In this document: piece by piece, positions 58,534 through 64,000 of the stretch | Layout of the letters: each line of letters begins with the position of its first letter | Numbering within the stretch: position 1 is the stretch's first letter | Virus record (IMG/VR): IMGVR_UViG_3300027278_000012 | Span: 8,121 to 72,120 of that record | DNA length: 64,000 bases | Strand: one strand, 5' to 3' | Source: a virus | Taxonomy: Duplodnaviria; Caudoviricetes | Made by a program: the position numbers and the translations under genes | Notes under the pieces: generated by a model | What the model saw: the letters and a program-made list of their open reading frames with translations, nothing else | The model's database searches: none | What the model was told of the DNA's origin: nothing

Positions 58534-59534
58534 ATAATTTCTCTTTGTGTTAAATATCTCTCAATTGTTTTTAATCCATGTGTTCTGGCAAGGTCTGCCC
58601 AATCTTTTATTCCTTCTTCTAAATAGATTCTTGGTACATTACAATACTCAAACCCAAACTTTTCTGTTATGAGTTGAGAATTCTTTACACCAGTTTCATC
58701 TGAGTCAAACGAGAGGATTTGTGTGTCAGAGTTTTCTTTGATGTATTCTACATTCTCTTCAGAGAAACATCCTAGTCCTTCATTCTGTACAGCACAACAA
58801 CATGGTACAACCTTCTTCATCACCATATAATCTTTCTTACTCTTATTGATGAATGCAACATCACAATTTCTTATGTCAGTTAATCCATCCATCATTGTAA
58901 TAGGGACATTGTTAGGCATCCATTTATTCTTCTTGTCTGCAAATGGTCTATAGATCTTCCAATAGCTTTCATATAGATACCCAAATCTAAGCTCATTATC
59001 CATTAATGGAAACTTTTTCTTGTTTAGATATACAGTGTCTATTGAATATACATTGTTAGCTCTAAGATCATCTATGTCCTGATAGTATTCATTCCAGTAT
59101 GCCAGTTCTTCGTGTGTGAAGTTTCTTGTCTTCACTTGAATAAAGAATTCACGTTTGCTCACTGGTGGTGGTTGCTTATATTCAGAAACAATTCTCTCAT
59201 AGTTCTTTGTAGAGGAAGAATTAACAATACCAAGATCAAAATCTCTATCAATCATCATAAGAACATCATTCATGTTAGCAAGATTGAATAATGTCATTAC
59301 AAACTTGAAGCAATTACCTTTAATGCTTGTATCACCAAAATCAATATATGTTAATGCTTTACCTGGATATCCTATAAGGAAAGAAGGGCTCTTCTCATTT
59401 CTAAATGGTGAATAAGTAACTTGGTTTATCTTCCAGTTTTGATGAGGCATGTACATTCGATATATATCATACTCTGATATTTTGTTCAATACATTTTCAA
59501 ATGTTAAATCTATTCTCTTTGTTCCTTTTATCAT
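58530..59534 (-). CDS. DNA primase-like protein (TOPRIM-type)
   Basis: SPFRNEKSPSF, YIDFGD...GNCF, KSKKD, ILSFDSDETG, IKDWAD. Confidence 0.7.
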   Translation of the reverse strand: MIKGTKRIDLTFENVLNKISEYDIYRMYMPHQNWKINQVTYSPFRNEKSPSFLIGYPGKALTYIDFGDTSIKGNCFKFVMTLFNLANMNDVLMMIDRDFDLGIVNSSSTKNYERIVSEYKQPPPVSKREFFIQVKTRNFTHEELAYWNEYYQDIDDLRANNVYSIDTVYLNKKKFPLMDNELRFGYLYESYWKIYRPFADKKNKWMPNNVPITMMDGLTDIRNCDVAFINKSKKDYMVMKKVVPCCCAVQNEGLGCFSEENVEYIKENSDTQILSFDSDETGVKNSQLITEKFGFEYCNVPRIYLEEGIKDWADLARTHGLKTIERYLTQREII

Positions 59535-59599
59535 AGCTCTAAATGTAAATTATTGCTATTAGTACCAATTATTGGTACTTTTCGCAAACTATTACTAAT

Positions 59600-59637
59600 A
59601 AAAAACCCTCTCCAAATTAATGAAGAGGGCTTTTATT
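59600..59637 (-). terminator. Intrinsic terminator
   Basis: Minus strand CCCTCT(TC)...(GG)AGAGGG followed by T6. Confidence 0.75.
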
Positions 59638-59650
59638 AACAACAAACGAA

Positions 59651-60520
59651 TTAATAATCATCACCATCTTCACTGATATATGCATCAGACGCAACTAAGT
59701 TATCATCTGCATTATAATCTTGTAAGTCTTTGAGGATGTAATAGTCTTTACAACCATATTCTCCAATAACATTCATTACAAACTTCTCATGTGCTTTTAA
59801 ATCACGAGGTTTCTTATTCTTAAGATCACCTTGCACTCTCTTACTTCCATAATCAACAAGTCTGAATTGTTTAAGAGCATAACCTCCTAAGAAAGCTTTG
59901 TTATAGATTCCTTGATACTCTTTAGATTCTCCATCACGTTCTTTAACAATCACTGTAGCTAGTGCAGCAACTGTATCACACCATTCTCCATCAACTTGAT
60001 CTTTTAAGTCTTTCAAGTTACCTCTCATCAACTTCTTCCATTCTAATTGTAGAACAGTGTCTGCATCACGATAATCTAATTTACTCAACCATGTACGCAT
60101 GAAGTTATAAAGATCTTCTTCTCCTACATATGCAATTCTATAATCTCTTCCTTTGGTAAACCATTCAGCTAGATCATTCTCATCACCTGCCCAAGAACAC
60201 ATACCAATAGAATTTATATATTGATGTTTTGTACCATCTTTATTCTCACGTTCTTTATCTTCTAAGAAGAAGCTCACCTTGAACTTATCTTCTTGATTAA
60301 CTCTTTGTAACCATATATCAATACGAACATAGCTATTACCATCTTTAGTCTCACCTAAATACTCAGCAGCTTTGCTATCTTCTTTTAGGTCCATACCAAG
60401 TTTATCTTTAAACTCTTCTATTGTTGGGTTAATAGCTATTACGTTAGCCTCGAAGAGGCCTACCTTTTTTCCAAAATCTCCAGATCCTGTGTTTTCTCTT
60501 TTCTTTCCTCCAATTTGCAT
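59651..60520 (-). CDS. Putative ssDNA-binding/annealing protein
   Basis: Acidic C-terminal tail (EDGDDY); adjacent to the AAA ATPase and primase. Confidence 0.45.
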   Translation of the reverse strand: MQIGGKKRENTGSGDFGKKVGLFEANVIAINPTIEEFKDKLGMDLKEDSKAAEYLGETKDGNSYVRIDIWLQRVNQEDKFKVSFFLEDKERENKDGTKHQYINSIGMCSWAGDENDLAEWFTKGRDYRIAYVGEEDLYNFMRTWLSKLDYRDADTVLQLEWKKLMRGNLKDLKDQVDGEWCDTVAALATVIVKERDGESKEYQGIYNKAFLGGYALKQFRLVDYGSKRVQGDLKNKKPRDLKAHEKFVMNVIGEYGCKDYYILKDLQDYNADDNLVASDAYISEDGDDY

Positions 60521-60533
60521 AATTTCTATTTAT

Positions 60534-61208
60534 TTAAGCGTTATAATATTCATTTAATGTATTCACTACTAGTTGTAAGTCATTTGGTATTTTTAGTTCA
60601 CTAAACATTCCATCAGGACTTTTTGCAGGTACCTTTTTAAAACGATTTGTTACAAAACCGTATTGTACACTTCCATCTTTACTCTCTTCTACATTAGTGT
60701 ATAACACCACTGTAAATAATCCTTCAAGATTGATTTGGTTATCAATAAGTTTTCCAGATGTCTTCATCTTGTATCCTATAATATCTCCACCATCTTCAAT
60801 AGTGTCTGGATGAGAGAAATAGAACACAGTGATGTCATCTCTTAACTGTCTAGCAGTTTTAATCATTGTAACAGTGTCTTTTGCCATTACGCTAAACTTT
60901 TCATACCCTTTCTCAGTTGCTTTATCAAGCATTGTGAAACCCATTACATAATTTGAGTCTTCTAGGATGATGTTCTTAATGTGTGGAGCTTTTTCAGAAA
61001 TAGTCTTTAGCAATCGAGATATCTCGTTAGCATCATCTACCTCTTTGTAATTCTTCTTTTCTACATTGTAAAGCTTTTCACTCCCCTTAAATGGAAGCTC
61101 TTTCTTTGCAACATTAATAATGTACGTTTCCTCTGGATTTAGGTGTTTGATACTGGTTGATTTCCCTGTACCTGTGGCACCAACAATCCCTACTAGCTTT
61201 GAACTCAT
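60534..61208 (-). CDS. AAA-family NTPase (AAA_24/Sak4-like)
   Basis: GATGTGKSTS, IILEDSNY, YKMKTSGK, EGLFTVVL, KSPDGMF. Confidence 0.8.
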   Translation of the reverse strand: MSSKLVGIVGATGTGKSTSIKHLNPEETYIINVAKKELPFKGSEKLYNVEKKNYKEVDDANEISRLLKTISEKAPHIKNIILEDSNYVMGFTMLDKATEKGYEKFSVMAKDTVTMIKTARQLRDDITVFYFSHPDTIEDGGDIIGYKMKTSGKLIDNQINLEGLFTVVLYTNVEESKDGSVQYGFVTNRFKKVPAKSPDGMFSELKIPNDLQLVVNTLNEYYNA

Positions 61209-61269
61209 GTGTTTTAATTTATTTAATTAGTTATTTTCATTGTATAAAGATACAAAATAATTATTTCAA

Positions 61270-62352
61270 TTACAAGTATTTTATCTTATTTTTATCAAAG
61301 AATTCAAGTGCTTTTTGTAACCACTTTAGCTCTACAAGCTCATCACTACTGACAATATATATGTGAGCTTTCTTATCTGGTGTGTTATACTCCATAGCCA
61401 TACATCTATTTATCTTCTGTGCTAAGTTCTCTGCATTACTATCGAAATAGTTTATTATCACCTTGTCTAGAGGTTTATATGTCACACCTGTGTTACCAAT
61501 TTTCACTACAGCTAGATGATTACCTTTTCCTTCAGCAAAGTCTTCAAAGATTTCTTTTTCTTTAGACTTATTATGATAGGAAGGAATACCTAGATTATCT
61601 GCAACAGCAGTGGTACCGCAGAACACTAAGACTCTCTCATTTTTATACTCAGCCAAAAGTGCCTTTGTAGCTATAGATTTGGCTAGGGATGATTGAATCA
61701 AACGCATTCTCGCTAGACGTAAAAACATTGTATCTGTGCCACTATTCTGTAGTTTGTTAATCACCCAGGATATGCCATCATAATGTTTCTTCTCAGTTTT
61801 GAGCTTACCCTTGTAATCATTGTACACAGTGTTATCTAGAGGAACTCTTATCACATGTATTTCATAATCTACAATAACTCCCTCTTCAATTGCTTTTTCA
61901 ATTGGATAGTGAGCTATTACATGTAAATCAAGTTCTTCTTCTAATTTTCTTTCTGTCCAACTGGATAGTGTACCAGTGAGACCAAGAATCTGCCCATTAA
62001 CATCGAACAGGTCCTTACAAACTTCTATCTGAGCTTCACTCAGTAGATGTATTTCATCTATGATAACAACATCAAAGCTTAACTCAGCATACTTCTTTAA
62101 TGATAGATGGGTTGTATATGTGACAATACTGTCATCAAACCCAAGATCATTAAAATCAGTTTGCCAAGATTCTTTAATCTTATTATCTGGATAAGCAATA
62201 AGTATGCTTTCAGGTTTAAGCTTCTCTAATATCTTAATACTAGTTCTACATTTTCCCATTCTGGGACACAAGTTGAGTATACCTGTTTTTTTTCTTAACC
62301 ACATGTTAGCAAATTCTTCTTGACGAATATCTCTTAAAGTTTTTACTTTCAT
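61270..62352 (-). CDS. Superfamily 2 helicase
   Basis: CPRMGKC (motif I), IIDEIH, LGLTGT, VLVFC, QKINR. Confidence 0.8.
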   Translation of the reverse strand: MKVKTLRDIRQEEFANMWLRKKTGILNLCPRMGKCRTSIKILEKLKPESILIAYPDNKIKESWQTDFNDLGFDDSIVTYTTHLSLKKYAELSFDVVIIDEIHLLSEAQIEVCKDLFDVNGQILGLTGTLSSWTERKLEEELDLHVIAHYPIEKAIEEGVIVDYEIHVIRVPLDNTVYNDYKGKLKTEKKHYDGISWVINKLQNSGTDTMFLRLARMRLIQSSLAKSIATKALLAEYKNERVLVFCGTTAVADNLGIPSYHNKSKEKEIFEDFAEGKGNHLAVVKIGNTGVTYKPLDKVIINYFDSNAENLAQKINRCMAMEYNTPDKKAHIYIVSSDELVELKWLQKALEFFDKNKIKYL

Positions 62353-63131
62353 AAATTTTTATCTAAATGTTTCATAAATCTTTCTTTTTTTCTTTCTAAG
62401 CAAACTGTTGAGTCTTTATAAATAAACTTTCCAAAATTTCTAGCATCTTTTCCTGAAAATTCACTAATATGAACTTCTTTGGCGTGTTTAACTTGTCTAT
62501 GCTTTATTTTATATTTTGGAATATTTAAAAGATCGTGGATAGGTTCTAAAAATTCTTTAGTTCCAACAATAGAAACTGAAATGCTTTTTTCTGGTTTACT
62601 CACACTACCATCTCCATCAAAATAACCTCTAACAAAATGGGATATCAAGTCATCATCTAGTTTAGGAAAAGTTAAAACTAAAGATTTCTTATTAACACAT
62701 CCTATTTTTTTTAAATCATTTACAATCTCTGGATCTTGAAACTGTAATCTACATCTATTAAGTTTACTATCTATGTATATTTTTCCTTCAAATTGAAAAA
62801 ACTTTTTACATTCTTGTAAATGATGTATATCTTTTAAAGATAATGATAGTTCAAAATTTGAAGTGGTAGATACGTAACCATCAGCATAAATAAAACCTAA
62901 CCAATAAGATTTTTCCTCTGTATCTATATTATTAAACACAGAGGAATTTATTTTAGCTTTGTTTACTTTAGAATACTCACAACCTGCCTCTCTTAACCAC
63001 TTACCTACAGTTTTTCTATATATTTCTAATTCTTCTGCAATTTGATTACAGTTTAAGCCAGAATAGAATAAAGACACTGCTTTTGGTTTTAATAAAGAAT
63101 AATCTTTACCAAATCTTTTAAATTTATACAT
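62349..63131 (-). mobile_element. Double-motif LAGLIDADG homing endonuclease with N-terminal HTH
   Basis: YWLGFIYADGYV and HFVRGYFDGDGSV. Confidence 0.9.
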
Positions 63132-63153
63132 ATTAATATTTTTCTGTAAATTT

Positions 63154-63260
63154 AAAAATTAGTATTGATATTTCCTAATCGTGGGGCTAAAAGTTATTAA
63201 CATTCCTTTTTAATAACCAAATTTTTAACAAACTTTTTGTCTTTTATCTCTTATTGTCAT
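63154..63260 (-). pseudogene. Decayed copy of the SF2 helicase 5' end
   Basis: MTIRDKRQK, then frameshifted FVK..WL..K...LAPRLG, aligns to TLRDIRQEEFANMWLRKK...LCPRMG at 62352. Confidence 0.65.
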
Positions 63261-63436
63261 TCTTCTTTGTTTACTTTTATACAATAATCAGGAATATAAT
63301 ATCCAACAACATAACCACAGTCAAACTTCTCACGAAACTCACCATACTCAATTGTCTCTTCTATATCTCCATCTCTAAGAACTGTATCTCCTGGATACAG
63401 ATCATTACCTTCTCTGTCTTGTGCTATTGGTTTCAT
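63257..63436 (-). CDS. Hypothetical protein (59 aa)
   Basis: Read by hand: MKPIAQDREGNDLYPGDTV...; ATGA-coupled on both sides. Confidence 0.55.
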   Translation of the reverse strand: MKPIAQDREGNDLYPGDTVLRDGDIEETIEYGEFREKFDCGYVVGYYIPDYCIKVNKEE

Positions 63437-64000
63437 TCTCTTAGGAAATATGATTTGTTAGTAATTGCTGCATAATCAGAATCTGTTATATCTTTCTTTC
63501 TAGGCAACTCCTTAAATAAACCGATTTCACCCAAGAATGCAAGTCCTATTCTTAAATCGTCTGCACCATAACTATTTTTAATTAGTCTGACACTTCTGAA
63601 ATACTTAGCTCCGTATTGATCTTTTAGTTTATCTAAGTCATAACCACTAGGGTCTGCTACTTTATATCTCATAGGATCAAATAATGCCATAACAACATCA
63701 GCATCATTCTGTGTTGCTGAGCTGTCTGCAAAATCTTCTAGTTGAGGTTCTACATCACCATTCTTTATCCTAGAAGGATTAGAAATGTCACGATTGAACT
63801 GACTAACTACCACTGGTGAATATCCGTAGAAATCTCTAGCATATCTAAGTTCATCAGACATCTTATCAATAGCTTGTTTCTTTGTAGGTTGATCTTTAGT
63901 TAGCTTAAGCAAACCAATGTGATCTATCACCACCATAGTGATTTGACTTGGGTCATTAGGAACATATATTTTATTCCATTTGTCCAATTGTTGTATCTCA
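63433..64000 (-). CDS. dnaB: DnaB-like replicative helicase (C-terminal part; 5' end outside window)
   Basis: VVIDHIGLL, VVVSQFNR, DFADSSATQNDADVV; frame open to the window edge. Confidence 0.8.
   Translation of the reverse strand, partial: EIQQLDKWNKIYVPNDPSQITMVVIDHIGLLKLTKDQPTKKQAIDKMSDELRYARDFYGYSPVVVSQFNRDISNPSRIKNGDVEPQLEDFADSSATQNDADVVMALFDPMRYKVADPSGYDLDKLKDQYGAKYFRSVRLIKNSYGADDLRIGLAFLGEIGLFKELPRKKDITDSDYAAITNKSYFLRE

Noticed and set aside
62349-63131. Group I intron or intein carrying the LAGLIDADG
   Set aside because: The ORF stop overlaps the helicase ATG, leaving no room for 3' intron core elements; it has its own start and stop and no intein splice residues.
39231-63475. Short plus-strand ORFs across the minus-strand early region
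   Set aside because: They are antisense shadows of recognisable minus-strand genes.
1-64000. Stop-codon reassignment as in some gut crAss-like phages
   Set aside because: Giant ORFs are uninterrupted in the standard code, and TAG/TGA end genes at sensible coupled junctions (e.g. 27715, 50657, 62349).
1-64000. Complete DGR (RT, TR, Avd) in the window
   Set aside because: I saw no YxDD reverse transcriptase ORF and no A-rich second copy of 33547-33726; only the VR-like signature is supported.
1-64000. tRNA or rRNA genes
   Set aside because: Intergenic gaps are short, and none shows a cloverleaf with D/T-loop consensus or rRNA-like sequence by eye.

Overview
This window is 64 kb of an AT-rich, CpG-poor dsDNA phage genome of the crAss-like type, read in the standard genetic code. 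The host is probably Bacteroidota, judged from TAnnTTTG promoter boxes and the absence of Shine-Dalgarno sites. A plus-strand virion/late half (1-38974) converges at a bidirectional terminator on a minus-strand replication/early half (39080-64000). The plus half carries large putative ejected proteins, including a 4376-aa virion RNA polymerase (RIPxQ and GSDFDID motifs) with a zincin HExxH motif and a C-terminal AlkB-like domain. It also has a Gly-Thr-Ser repeat tail fibre, a lysis cassette, mucin-like poly-Thr proteins, protein-glycosyltransferase-like genes and a cluster of small Lys-rich proteins. The minus half encodes GT2s, GroES, thioredoxin, PhoH, MazG, dNMP kinase, RecA, an exonuclease, rIIA/rIIB, UDG, primase, an AAA ATPase, an SF2 helicase and a partial DnaB, plus free-standing homing endonucleases. 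The best leads are: a candidate phage protein O-glycosylation system with its Ser/Thr-rich substrates; the AlkB-like domain fused to the virion RNAP; a DGR-like variable-region signature with no RT or TR in the window; an endonuclease gene flanked by inverted repeats; a homing endonuclease insertion that duplicated a helicase start; and an iteron/palindrome locus upstream of recA. All family assignments come from motif recognition by eye; no database search was run.
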